Part shown: piece after piece, positions 49,717 through 59,202 of the stretch
Position numbering within the stretch: position 1 is the first letter of the stretch
Layout of the letters: every line of letters begins with the position of its first letter
Assembly (NCBI GenBank): GCA_963664325.2
Contig: CAXXDQ010000009.1
Span: 1-64,000 of the forward strand
DNA from: Desulfomonilia bacterium
GTDB lineage: Bacteria; Desulfobacterota; Desulfomonilia; UBA1062
Length of the DNA: 64,000 nucleotides
Reading direction: 5' to 3'
The notes under the pieces: generated by a model
Seen by the model: the letters and a program-made list of their open reading frames with translations, nothing else
What the model was told of the DNA's origin: nothing
The model's database searches: none
Translations under genes and position numbers: made by a program

Positions 49717-49726
49717 ACGAAGACCC

Positions 49727-49755
49727 CTTCTACTTAAGTCGTCTTTTTTTGTCAA
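49727..49755 (-). promoter_or_regulatory. Sigma70 promoter of tRNA-Met
   Basis: TTGACA-17 nt-TAGAAG, about 10 nt upstream of the tRNA 5' end. Confidence 0.5.
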
Positions 49756-49825
49756 CAACTTTAGCCCCTTTTGCAGCCGGCTCAATTGCTTGATTATATG
49801 CGCTTCTTTGGTGTAAAGATAACCC

Positions 49826-50698
49826 ATGGCGACCGATTTTGAACCGCTCATCGAGCAGTACCGCATGTACCTTCTGAACCAGAAGGGGCTGTCGCGCGAG
49901 ACCTTCAGGGCCTATATCAACGACCTCAAGGACATGGCGGAATTCTTCACCGAAAGGGGGAGCCTCGACCGCATGGCGGTGCGCTCGTACATGATGCGCC
50001 TGCATTCAAAATTCAGGATAAACTCCATCAACCGCAAACTGAGCGCAATAAAGGGCTTCTTCGATTTCGCCGCAAAGCACTCGGACAGCTTCAGGCAGAA
50101 TCCCTTTTCCCACGTGCGCTCGCTCAAACGCAAGGATGAACTGCCTTCTTTTTTAAGCCCCGAAGAGGCGGCCGATCTTATCGACGCCCAGGACGATCTC
50201 AGGGACCATGCCATACTCGAGCTTCTGTACTCGACCGGCGTACGCGTCGGCGAGGTGGAGACAATGAACTGTTCGGACATCGACCGCCACTCCGGTTTTG
50301 TCAGGGTCACGGGAAAAGGCTCGAAGCAGAGGACCGTGCCCGTTGGCAGAAAGGCGCTTGACGCGATCGACGCCTACCTGAAGACGCGCGGCATCGCCGA
50401 TGCGATATATTCAAACGAGCCGCTTTTTCTGAACAGGCGGGGAACCCGGCTCGGGTCAAGAAGCATCCGCAGAGTCGTCTACAACCGGTCCCTGGAGGCG
50501 TCAGTCCCAAGGCATATAAGCCCGCACTCGATCAGGCACAGCTTCGCATCACACATGCTCGATGCCGGGGCCGACCTCAGGTCTATTCAGGAGATGCTCG
50601 GCCATGCATCACTCTCGACAACGCAGCGCTACACCCACCTCGAGCTTGACAAGTTGATGGCTGTGTACGACAAGTCGCATCCAAGGGCCAAGGGTTAG
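49826..50698 (+). CDS. xerC: Tyrosine recombinase XerC
   Basis: TGVRVGE, GKGSKQR, HSIRHSFA and LGHASLSTTQRY. Conserved position upstream of hslVU. Confidence 0.88.
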   Translation: MATDFEPLIEQYRMYLLNQKGLSRETFRAYINDLKDMAEFFTERGSLDRMAVRSYMMRLHSKFRINSINRKLSAIKGFFDFAAKHSDSFRQNPFSHVRSLKRKDELPSFLSPEEAADLIDAQDDLRDHAILELLYSTGVRVGEVETMNCSDIDRHSGFVRVTGKGSKQRTVPVGRKALDAIDAYLKTRGIADAIYSNEPLFLNRRGTRLGSRSIRRVVYNRSLEASVPRHISPHSIRHSFASHMLDAGADLRSIQEMLGHASLSTTQRYTHLELDKLMAVYDKSHPRAKG

Positions 50699-50743
50699 CA
50701 GAGCTTAACTAAACAGCCCTTAGCGGTAATAAACGGACGGCTT

Positions 50744-50771
50744 CTTGAAAACGGAGACTGCTGCTACTAAT
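50744..50771 (+). promoter_or_regulatory. Possible sigma32-type promoter for hslVU
   Basis: CTTGAAA -35-like box before heat-shock genes. The -10 match (CTACTAAT) is weak. Confidence 0.3.
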
Positions 50772-50794
50772 CATCATTAGAAAGAGGAGGTTTT

Positions 50795-51328
50795 ATGGAA
50801 ACTATGCACGCAACAACAATTTTATGCGTAAGGAAGGAAGGCAAGGTTGTCATAGCGGGCGACGGTCAGGTGACAATGGGCAACTCCGTCGTAAAGGCCT
50901 CTGCAAAAAAGGTGAGGAAACTCTATGAAGGCCAGGTGCTGGCAGGGTTTGCGGGCTCCACGTCGGATGCTTTCACGCTCTTTGAGCGCTTCGAGGGAAA
51001 GCTCAAGGAATACCGGGGAAACCTGGCAAGGGCCGCGGTCGAGCTGGGCAAGGACTGGCGCACCGACCGTATATTGAGGCGGCTCGAAGCGCTCATGATA
51101 GTGGCCGATAAGGAAAAGACCCTCATGCTCTCGGGCTCCGGCGATGTCATCGACCCTGATGACGAGGTATGCGGCATCGGCTCGGGCGGGGCGTACGCCT
51201 ATGCGGCGGCCCTGTCGCTCCTGCGCAATACATCCCTTGATGCGGCCGAGATAGCGAAGAAGTCTCTGGATATAGCATCTGATATATGCATATATACCAA
51301 CAAAAATATCTCTCTCGAGGAACTCTAA
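50795..51328 (+). CDS. hslV: ATP-dependent protease subunit HslV
   Basis: HATTI...[20 protein letters not shown] and DICIYTN. Confidence 0.97.
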   Translation: METMHATTILCVRKEGKVVIAGDGQVTMGNSVVKASAKKVRKLYEGQVLAGFAGSTSDAFTLFERFEGKLKEYRGNLARAAVELGKDWRTDRILRRLEALMIVADKEKTLMLSGSGDVIDPDDEVCGIGSGGAYAYAAALSLLRNTSLDAAEIAKKSLDIASDICIYTNKNISLEEL

Positions 51329-52645
51329 ATGAAGGAACTGACACCAAGACAGATCGTAAACGAGCTGGACAAGTACATAATCGGCCAGGACAAGGCGAAA
51401 AAGGCCGTTGCCATAGCGCTCAGGAACAGGCTCCGCCGGCTCAAGGTGACCGGCGATATGAAGGACGACATCTATCCTAAAAACATAATACTGATAGGCC
51501 CAACGGGTGTGGGAAAAACCGAGATAGCAAGGAGGCTTTCCAAGCTCTCTAATGCGCCTTTCATAAAGGTCGAGGCCTCGAAATATACCGAAGTGGGCTA
51601 CGTCGGGCGCGATGTCGAATCCATGATAAGGGACCTCGTCCGCATGGGTGTGGCTATGGTGCAGAAGGAGGAGAGCGAAAACGTCAAGCAGAAGGCAATC
51701 GAGAATGCAAAGGAAAGGCTCCTCGACGCCCTTCTGCCGCTCAACAGGGACGCGCAGGAGACGCATGCCGAGACCCGGGACAAGTTCAAGGCCATGCTAG
51801 AAGCGGGCCAGATGGACGACAGAATGGTCGAGATAGAGATGAGCGAAGGCCAGATGCCTCATGTCGAGATATTCTCGGGCCAGGGCATGGAAGAGATGGG
51901 GTTCGACTTCCAGGGCATGCTGTCCAACATCATGCCCAAACGCTCGAAAAGAAGAAAGATGAAGGTCAGGGACGCCCTGGAATTCATGATCAACGAAGAA
52001 ATAGGCCGTCTCATCGACATGGACAAGGTCTCCCAGATCGCCAGGGAGCGTGTTGAAAATTCGGGCATCGTCTTTATCGACGAGCTCGACAAGGTCGCAG
52101 GGCGCGAATCAGGCAAAACAGGCCCTGATGTGTCGCGCGAAGGCGTGCAGCGCGACCTGCTTCCCATAGTGGAGGGCACCACGGTCAACACGCGCTTCGG
52201 CCCGGTAAAGACCGACCACATATTGTTCGTAGGTTCGGGCGCTTTCCATGTGAGCAAGCCGTCCGACCTCATCCCCGAGCTTCAGGGCCGTTTTCCCATC
52301 AGGGAGGAGCTACAGCCGCTAACGGTAAAGGATTTTGTCAGGATACTCACCGAACCCAAGAACGCGCTCACCAAGCAGTACAAGGTCCTGCTCGCCACCG
52401 ACGGGGTCGACCTGACGTTCACTGAAGATTCGGTTGAAGAGATCGCCCTCATAGCCGAATACATAAACGAGCATACCGAAAACATCGGAGCCAGAAGGCT
52501 GCACACCGTCATTGAAAAGCTGCTCGAAGAGATATCATTCAGAGCCCCTGACGAGGGCGGCAGGATAACAATCACCGCAGCATATGTTAAGGAAAAGCTC
52601 GAGGCCATTATGCAGAAGGAAGACCTGAGCAGGTATATCCTGTAG
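51329..52645 (+). CDS. hslU: ATP-dependent protease ATPase subunit HslU
   Basis: [32 protein letters not shown] and ENIGARRL. Confidence 0.97.
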   Translation: MKELTPRQIVNELDKYIIGQDKAKKAVAIALRNRLRRLKVTGDMKDDIYPKNIILIGPTGVGKTEIARRLSKLSNAPFIKVEASKYTEVGYVGRDVESMIRDLVRMGVAMVQKEESENVKQKAIENAKERLLDALLPLNRDAQETHAETRDKFKAMLEAGQMDDRMVEIEMSEGQMPHVEIFSGQGMEEMGFDFQGMLSNIMPKRSKRRKMKVRDALEFMINEEIGRLIDMDKVSQIARERVENSGIVFIDELDKVAGRESGKTGPDVSREGVQRDLLPIVEGTTVNTRFGPVKTDHILFVGSGAFHVSKPSDLIPELQGRFPIREELQPLTVKDFVRILTEPKNALTKQYKVLLATDGVDLTFTEDSVEEIALIAEYINEHTENIGARRLHTVIEKLLEEISFRAPDEGGRITITAAYVKEKLEAIMQKEDLSRYIL

Positions 52646-52656
52646 GCGGCTTGAAG

Positions 52657-53637
52657 ATGGACAAAGGAAAATTCGCGAACGAGCTCAAACCCGGGGACAA
52701 GTTCTGGGGCATATTCCTTATCGGGGAAAAAAAGATCGGCACGGCCAAGAACGGCGCTTCTTTTGTAAGACTCACGCTGGCGGACAGGACAGGGGAGTTG
52801 AACAGCTTCATATGGGACAGGCCCCTTGAAAAGACAGCCGGCATTGAAACAGGTGATGCCGCCGGTGTGGCGGGCGTGGCCGAGGTGATGGACAGGGGCC
52901 GGCTCAGGGTGAAGATCGAGAAGATAAAAAAGCTTGAGGATTCCGAGGTGGACCTGACCCAGCTCGTACCTGCAAGCATAAGGGATTCCGCTGACATGAT
53001 GGCGGAGCTGGAAGCTGTTATTTCAACTATCGATGACGTCCATATAAAAATACTTTTGCAAAGAGTCCTTGCCCGTGCGGGTTTTAAGGAAGCCTTCATA
53101 AAAACCCCGGCGGCCAAGGGCGTGCACCACAATTTTATAGGCGGGCTGCTTGAGCATACTCTCAGCGTTATGAACGCCTGCAATGCGTTATTTCCGGCCT
53201 TCTCCCGTTACGGGCTCAACAGGGACATAATTCTTGCGGGCGCGCTTCTCCACGACATCGGAAAGATCGTTGAATACACGTCGGGCAAGATCATCGACGT
53301 GACACCGGAAGGCAGGCTGATAGGGCATATCTATATCTCTGCAAAATTCACCGATGAAGAGATCGAAGGTATGGAGGACTTTCCCAAAGAACTAAGGCTT
53401 CAGCTTATCCACCTGATACTGAGCCACCACGGCCAGCTCGAATTCGGCTCGCCAAAGGTGCCGATGACCAAAGAGGCACTTTTCCTTCATATGGTAGACG
53501 ACCTCGACGCAAAGCTCGCGGGCCTCAACTCGATTATCGAGTCCACGCCGGACAGCGACGCGTTCAGCAGCTTTTCAAACATTTACGGCAGGTATATCTA
53601 CACCCGGTCCTACACCCCGCCTGTAGAAGATGAATAA
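52657..53637 (+). CDS. yhaM: 3'-5' exoribonuclease YhaM family (OB fold + HD)
   Basis: LADRTG, PAAKGVHH..GGLLEH, LLHDIGK and HHGQLEFGSP. Start is either TTG 52651 or ATG 52657. Confidence 0.88.
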   Translation: MDKGKFANELKPGDKFWGIFLIGEKKIGTAKNGASFVRLTLADRTGELNSFIWDRPLEKTAGIETGDAAGVAGVAEVMDRGRLRVKIEKIKKLEDSEVDLTQLVPASIRDSADMMAELEAVISTIDDVHIKILLQRVLARAGFKEAFIKTPAAKGVHHNFIGGLLEHTLSVMNACNALFPAFSRYGLNRDIILAGALLHDIGKIVEYTSGKIIDVTPEGRLIGHIYISAKFTDEEIEGMEDFPKELRLQLIHLILSHHGQLEFGSPKVPMTKEALFLHMVDDLDAKLAGLNSIIESTPDSDAFSSFSNIYGRYIYTRSYTPPVEDE

Positions 53638-53946
53638 CCCCTATCAGGCATCGGTCTCTTCAAGGACCTTCTGTATCGCAGATTCATCCTGGCAAAAGAG
53701 AATGGAACAAATTTTACAGGACTGCCGCAAGTTTTGTCACAAGCATGTTATAAGTTTTGTCGAAAGTCTTCTTGCAGTAAATGACAGAAACTGAAATTGT
53801 GCAGGAGTCTTTTCCGGGGCCTGTTCCACCATTTTGCCAAGGATTAATTTGCCTAACACTTTCATCAATTTCCACATATTGTTAGGCATATACAATCAAG
53901 CCAGTTTCATACTATCCATGTCGGACAGCGACGCGTTCAGCAGCTT
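53549..53946 (+). repeat. Direct repeat of the yhaM 3' segment
   Basis: Exact 25-bp CGGACAGCGACGCGTTCAGCAGCTT at 53549-53573 and 53922-53946, extending degenerately to about 50 bp. Confidence 0.85.
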
Positions 53947-54015
53947 CTCCAGCTTTACAGGCAGAGAACAGCATGCAGGATAAAACCCGAAGCAGGTTTT
54001 ATTATCGTCGCTCCT

Positions 54016-54801
54016 TCACGGAATCAGGGCCGTTACCGCAACCGGCGATCCGGAGCCATTTTTGAGTTTAAGCACCCCTATTATCACAGTCGTTCCCGCA
54101 GGCGGCAGCTGGTCGAGGTTTGCAAGGCATTCGATAACAAGTCCGTCTTTTTCAAACACAAGCCTGTTCACCGAAAAAGTCGTGTCAGTGCCGGGGTCGA
54201 CCCCGTGGGTGTCAATCCCCAGGCCAGCCGCATTCCGCTTGTTCATAAGATATCCTGCCGCATCTGTACCGAAGCCGGGGAAATGGAGCACGCCCGCTGC
54301 ATCTGCGCCTAAGAATTTTGCAGAGTCGCCCCACCTGTCCTGCCAGCCGGTGAATAGGATAACGAGCGACCCCGCTTTTATTTCACCGTTAACCTTTTCC
54401 CAGTCTTCGATGTCTTTGACGGTGAGCCGGTAATCCGGGTTCATGCTGCAGCTTTTTCTTGCATCGATTACGATGGCCTCAGGTATAAGTTCATGCATGT
54501 CATACGCATCGACGGGTTTGCCCTTTTCAAAGAAGCTGCCTGCCGCGTTCATATGAGTGGCGCTGTGTTCGCCCATCGAGAAGCTTCTAAGGTAATAGCC
54601 GTCTTTTATAATTGAGGCCTCGTCATGAAAAGTGACCGGCGGGTCTCCCGGCCACAGAGGGATGCCGGAGCCTATCGTGTGACTCAAGTTAGCCACCCTG
54701 GAATATCTTATTTCCTTTGCCTTTCTCTGCTCAGGCGCTACGGCGCATGATGCCAGCAGCAGACAGACCGTAACAACAGTGATTATTCTTTCATTCATCA
54801 T
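54016..54801 (-). CDS. Cyclase family (kynurenine formamidase-like) metal hydrolase, lipoprotein
   Basis: Lipobox LASC, NLSH...WPGDP, HSATHMNA, HFPGF, GIDT..D, E.L.NL..LP and GSGSP. Confidence 0.85.
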   Translation of the reverse strand: MMNERIITVVTVCLLLASCAVAPEQRKAKEIRYSRVANLSHTIGSGIPLWPGDPPVTFHDEASIIKDGYYLRSFSMGEHSATHMNAAGSFFEKGKPVDAYDMHELIPEAIVIDARKSCSMNPDYRLTVKDIEDWEKVNGEIKAGSLVILFTGWQDRWGDSAKFLGADAAGVLHFPGFGTDAAGYLMNKRNAAGLGIDTHGVDPGTDTTFSVNRLVFEKDGLVIECLANLDQLPPAGTTVIIGVLKLKNGSGSPVAVTALIP

Positions 54802-54900
54802 GCCTTTGAATATTCTCAAAAGCCGGGGATTACATCAACCGCTTTCTCATTAACAGGTATTTTATCTTTCATTATTAAACTAATACTTCATGAAATATAA

Positions 54901-55326
54901 TCAGGAAGTTTTTATACCGGTATCAGATAAACAATTAAATAATTTACTGGCAAGCGCTTGCATATCTGATAGTTCGCATTCCCAGATCACAATAACCTTC
55001 CAGCCGAGTAATTCCAATTCAGATTTGTTTCTGCTGTCTCTTTCCATGTTGCTCTTAAATTTTTTTTCCCAGAAACTCACTCTAGATTTAGGAAAGTATG
55101 CATACTGACAAGCTTCATGTCGATGCCAGAAACAACCATGTACAAAAACAATTGTTTTGTATTTTGGAAGAATTATATCCGGTTTACCCGGAAGGCTTTT
55201 TCGGTGAAGCCTGAATCTGTAACCCATATGATGCAGCATTGATCGGACAGTTAGTTCTGGTTTTGTATTAGCTGCGCAAATCCTGCTCATGTTCCAGCTT
55301 CGGCGTTCAGGAGTCAGTCTATCCAT
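54901..55326 (-). CDS. vsr: Very short patch repair endonuclease
   Basis: RSWNMSRI, TKPE, LPGKPD, FVHGCFWHRH and IWECEL. Confidence 0.95.
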   Translation of the reverse strand: MDRLTPERRSWNMSRICAANTKPELTVRSMLHHMGYRFRLHRKSLPGKPDIILPKYKTIVFVHGCFWHRHEACQYAYFPKSRVSFWEKKFKSNMERDSRNKSELELLGWKVIVIWECELSDMQALASKLFNCLSDTGIKTS

Positions 55327-56567
55327 TTCCCTAGCTCAGGAACACTCTGTTGTTGTAGTCTGATATGATCGATAAACCCTTGGAGTGTCAGCAATGAGTT
55401 TCTCCATTCCTTCGGAAATGATGTTAGAAAAGTTGAGGGTACAACAAGTTCGACATTACTATCTTTCATCTCTTTTAGTTGATGGCCCGAAACCCCCTGT
55501 TGAAGGGTAAAAAGATGTTTGGTCCTAATCCGGTTAGCCTCATTCAGAACTTGTCGCCAACGGTCTTTACAACATGTTTTTGATGCCAGCATATGCAGTT
55601 TAACAGCAGGAAAGTCATCGTCATGATAGGCTCTCCCAGAAGGAAACAGAAAGTCGGGTTTTTTTCGATTTTCAGTAGTAACTTGTGTTTCAAATGCAAT
55701 CTGCTCATCTCGAAAGATAGATTCCAGATTTAATTCCAGAGATGTTCCGGTTCTTGATTTTCGACGGTTAGAAACAGAATGTGCATATTTGATAAATTTT
55801 TCAACAGAATCAAATCCATTTCGGATATTGGGTAGAACTTCCTGCTGCTCGATTTTCTCGAAAATTTGAAATTCAAGATCCCGGCGTTTTAATAATAGTT
55901 CATCTATGGAACGTTCCCAATTGGCATGGGGCAGAAGATTGACAACATACATAAAAATATCGTGTCCGGAAGGAAAGGCATTCAGCCATTCAGCAGGTAT
56001 GATGAAATCTGGTAAACTTGGTTGATCAACCATTTCAGGATAACGCATGATAATACGTCCCGGTTCTACTTCCTCCCCGAGCCAACTCTCTATCGTGTTT
56101 TCTTCTTCAATAGAAGAAGCAACCCATGTAACTGCCACAGAATTTATTTGTGTTCTAAAGACACCGAAAATACATATACTTCCAGTATTTTCAACATCCT
56201 GTATAGGGTTTGTTCTGCCACCCCATCTTGTTACCCTGAATTCATCATATTTTTTCTTAAGATTCTTTTCAGGAAAGAATTTGGAGTTATAATAGATTAC
56301 TCTCAGGTTTTTTTTAATAATTATGTCAGCATTCGGTATGTAGCACTCATCAAGAAAAATGTCTGGATTGTACTTTTCTTTTGTGCATATTTCTGGGAAG
56401 GTTCTTTCAACATAAGCCTTTGGAAGATATAGACCTGATTGATGTCCTCCTGTTAGACCAGTGTCATTTCCTGATAGACGCTTTACAAACCATATGAAAT
56501 TACGTCTATCTATTTCTTCAAGAAATCTAGTTATGGAAAGAGATCTGAATATTGTCTGAATGTCCAA
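55314..56567 (-). CDS. EcoRII-like type IIE restriction endonuclease
   Basis: N-terminal KRLSGNDTGLTGGHQ.GLY.P. C-terminal NRRKSRTG.SLE, KKPDFLFP, KTCCKDRWRQVLNEA and HLFTLQQGVS. Confidence 0.92.
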   Translation of the reverse strand: MDIQTIFRSLSITRFLEEIDRRNFIWFVKRLSGNDTGLTGGHQSGLYLPKAYVERTFPEICTKEKYNPDIFLDECYIPNADIIIKKNLRVIYYNSKFFPEKNLKKKYDEFRVTRWGGRTNPIQDVENTGSICIFGVFRTQINSVAVTWVASSIEEENTIESWLGEEVEPGRIIMRYPEMVDQPSLPDFIIPAEWLNAFPSGHDIFMYVVNLLPHANWERSIDELLLKRRDLEFQIFEKIEQQEVLPNIRNGFDSVEKFIKYAHSVSNRRKSRTGTSLELNLESIFRDEQIAFETQVTTENRKKPDFLFPSGRAYHDDDFPAVKLHMLASKTCCKDRWRQVLNEANRIRTKHLFTLQQGVSGHQLKEMKDSNVELVVPSTFLTSFPKEWRNSLLTLQGFIDHIRLQQQSVPELGKWID

Positions 56568-57869
56568 CTACATCCTCCTTAAAACATCAGCAATTAATCG
56601 AGCTGAAGAATTAACAGAAGGGACGACAACACTATTGCCAATTTGTTTATAAGCTTGCGTATTTGACACAGGAAATAAAAATTTATTTGGATCATATCCT
56701 TGTAATTGCATTGCTTCTTCTATTGTTAGTCGTCTTGGTCTATCGTTTTCCTGTGCAATAAGAATTTCAGCACCATCCTTATGGTAACGTGCAGAAATTG
56801 TTCTTGTAACTTCTCCTCTTTTGATTGGAAGATGATGAATTCCATAACCAAATCCGTTCCCATGTGAAGCATGATGTGCTTTATGTCTTATAAGTGTATC
56901 CCATGTACCAGGACCTAATGTATATCCGTGAACCTTTTCTTTTATAATTGTATTCAATTCCGGATAAATATAATCATCAGAGGGAAAATCAGGTATAATT
57001 ATATTCTTTTTTTCAATCTTTATTTGCATAGGATCAAAACCAATTATAAAAAGTCTTTCTCTGTGTTGAGGAACCCATTTAACACCATCAATTATATCCC
57101 AGTTTATTACATATTCGAGTTGGTCTTCTAAACAATGCCTTATCACTTCAAACGTTTTACCATTGTCATGCGATAGAAGATTTTTAACATTTTCCAGCAT
57201 GAAAGCTCTTGGCCGTTTAATCCTTAAAATTTCTTTTATTTCAAAAAATAAAGTTCCCTGTGTTTCATCTTCAAATCCATGCTTTCTTCCTAATGAGTTT
57301 TTCTTTGAAACTCCCGCTAATGAAAATGGCTGACATGGAAAACCTGCACAAAGTATATCATGATCTGGTATTTCTGATTTTTGAATATTTCTTATATCAC
57401 CATATGGAAACTCTCCGAAATTAGCTTCATATGTCTGCTGAGCATATTTATCCCATTCACTGGAAAAGATGCACTTTCCACCGGCTTGTTGAAATGCCAG
57501 ACGAAATCCTCCTATGCCTGCAAACAAATCAATAAAGGTAAACTCCCAAGTTGATGGTGGTGGATAAGGTATGTCTTCAAAGAAAACATCAAACCTTTTC
57601 TGATAGAAATCCTGAGGTTCAAAAATGCAATTTCGATTATCATATTCTGTATGTTCAACTAATTTTCGTTGCAAGTATGAAATACATTCATTGCGCATGG
57701 AATTTGTAAACAAAGGTATCTTAAAGTAAGGATTCTGCAACCAATGACTTACTGAAGCATTGATTTCATCTTTTTCTATTTGATTAATCCATGGTTTATT
57801 GATGAGCAGAGAAACAAGACTAGAATGTAAGTTTTTACTGTTTAATATTTTCTGTTTATCCAAGCTCAT
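56568..57869 (-). CDS. dcm: C5 cytosine DNA methyltransferase (M.EcoRII/Dcm-like)
   Basis: DLFAGIGG, GFPCQPFS, ENVKNL, PQHRER, GNGFGYG, SARYHKDGAEIL and YKQIGNSV. Confidence 0.92.
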   Translation of the reverse strand: MSLDKQKILNSKNLHSSLVSLLINKPWINQIEKDEINASVSHWLQNPYFKIPLFTNSMRNECISYLQRKLVEHTEYDNRNCIFEPQDFYQKRFDVFFEDIPYPPPSTWEFTFIDLFAGIGGFRLAFQQAGGKCIFSSEWDKYAQQTYEANFGEFPYGDIRNIQKSEIPDHDILCAGFPCQPFSLAGVSKKNSLGRKHGFEDETQGTLFFEIKEILRIKRPRAFMLENVKNLLSHDNGKTFEVIRHCLEDQLEYVINWDIIDGVKWVPQHRERLFIIGFDPMQIKIEKKNIIIPDFPSDDYIYPELNTIIKEKVHGYTLGPGTWDTLIRHKAHHASHGNGFGYGIHHLPIKRGEVTRTISARYHKDGAEILIAQENDRPRRLTIEEAMQLQGYDPNKFLFPVSNTQAYKQIGNSVVVPSVNSSARLIADVLRRM

Positions 57870-58079
57870 CCTGATTAAGTTATATAAGCATGATTATAGT
57901 TTGTCCAGTTATTATAAAGATGATTTTTTAACTCAATTTCATTTTTTAAAACTCTTTTTAAACAAACGTCAGTTTAAAAATTGACTTGGGAATATAACTT
58001 TAAAAGAAGCTCAGCAGGTACAATTTTTATATAAACGAACCTTCCCTTTAACTTGTTTTCTGAACAACAATAATAGCTT

Positions 58080-58107
58080 TTTAACATGTCATCAGGCACA
58101 TGTTAAA
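58080..58107. promoter_or_regulatory. Inverted repeat between radC and the MTase (operator or terminator)
   Basis: TTTAACATGT-catcaggc-ACATGTTAAA. Confidence 0.45.
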
Positions 58108-58136
58108 GAAACTCTGTTTTGTTAACATGAAATAAT

Positions 58137-58835
58137 TTAAACCGATGTATCCGGCATGAGCCCTTCCTTTGAGAAGCTCAGGAAGTCGCCGCCCGCAATG
58201 ATGATGTGGTCTTGGACCTTTATGTCAATATGGTTAAGCGCGTCCGCAAGCTGGCGGGTGAGTTCGATATCGCTTTGCGATGGCTTGAGCGTTCCCGACG
58301 GATGGTTGTGCGCAAGTATCACCGAGCACGCCTTGTGGCGGATGGCTTCCTCCACAACCTTGCGAGGCAGTATCTGCGCCTCCTTTACCGTGCCGGAGCT
58401 TACGAGCGCCGCATAGTTCACCTTGAGCTGGGCATCGAGGCAGAGCACATAAAACACCTCTTCCGTACGGCCGGCCATGAGCGGGAACACATACCTGGCG
58501 GCCTTTTCCGGATCGCTCAGATGAGGGCTTTCCTTTGAAATCCTGTCTTTCATGTATCTTCGCATCGCATGCGGCAGCATCGAGAGGAAAGCGGCCGCGC
58601 CAAGCCCCATGCCTTCGACCGCAGCAAGGTCTTTCGGGTCGGCCTCAAGCACGGCGGAGAGGCTGCCGAACCTCTTTAAAAGCCTGTGGGCGACAGGGTT
58701 TGTGTCGCTTCTGGGAATGGCGTAAAAAAGCAGCAGCTCAAGAACCTGATGGTCTTCAAAGGCATCGAGCCCCTCTTCAAAAAAGCGCTTTCTCAAGCGC
58801 TCCCTGTGGCCCGAATGAAGGTTTTCTTTGGTCAT
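58137..58835 (-). CDS. radC: RadC/JAB domain protein
   Basis: GHRERLR, ELLL, HhH region, E.F and ILAHNHPSG...PSQSD...DHIII. Confidence 0.93.
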   Translation of the reverse strand: MTKENLHSGHRERLRKRFFEEGLDAFEDHQVLELLLFYAIPRSDTNPVAHRLLKRFGSLSAVLEADPKDLAAVEGMGLGAAAFLSMLPHAMRRYMKDRISKESPHLSDPEKAARYVFPLMAGRTEEVFYVLCLDAQLKVNYAALVSSGTVKEAQILPRKVVEEAIRHKACSVILAHNHPSGTLKPSQSDIELTRQLADALNHIDIKVQDHIIIAGGDFLSFSKEGLMPDTSV

Positions 58836-58887
58836 GCGCCTCTCCTTTTCACCGGAATTCCAATTTCAAAAACGTCTTTCCCGGCCG

Positions 58888-59148
58888 TCATTCAACCATA
58901 ATTTTTCGGCTCAAGATATCGCATTTGCAGGTCAGGCAGCAGTGATGCCTGGGATCGCTCAATATGGCGGATGTGAATGCGGCGAGGTTAGTCCCCCTGC
59001 ATCTTGCCGAAGGAGCGAGCAGCCCGGGATGGCCTTCCCTGTGCAGCCTTTCACCTATCTGGTGTGTCAGGCTGTAATCATTGCCGGTGAGTCCGGGAAA
59101 CTTCTTTTCTTTTCCCGTCAGATCGATAAGCACGGCAGTGCCATGCAT
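58888..59148 (-). pseudogene. RES-domain protein C-terminal fragment
   Basis: DY...QIG..L...G..GLL.PSAR..G.N.A.F. The N-terminal R/E-bearing half is absent. Confidence 0.65.
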
Positions 59149-59167
59149 TGAAAGGATGCCTCTTTCA

Positions 59168-59193
59168 GGGAGATGACCGGAAGATCATCTCCC
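59168..59193 (-). terminator. Hairpin after the 59203-60867 gene
   Basis: GGGAGATGA-N8-TCATCTCCC, 10 nt past the stop codon. Confidence 0.55.
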
Positions 59194-59202
59194 CGTATGC
59201 GC

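Larger units (their letters stand above)
54850..58130. mobile_element. AT-rich horizontally acquired RM islet (MTase-REase-Vsr)
   Basis: GC drops visibly relative to both flanks. No transposase, integrase or clear terminal repeats seen. Confidence 0.55.

Noticed and set aside
49606-50005. ORFs 49606-49866 and 49730-50005
   Set aside because: They overlap tRNA-Met or are antisense to xerC, so they are spurious.
49826-50698. Tyrosine recombinase next to tRNA-Met as a prophage or island integrase
   Set aside because: It lies at the tRNA 5' side, divergent from it, in conserved xerC-hslV-hslU synteny with no att duplication. This is housekeeping XerC.
50822-53183. Long - strand ORFs, including 314 aa and 191 aa
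   Set aside because: Antisense shadows of GC-rich hslV/hslU/yhaM.
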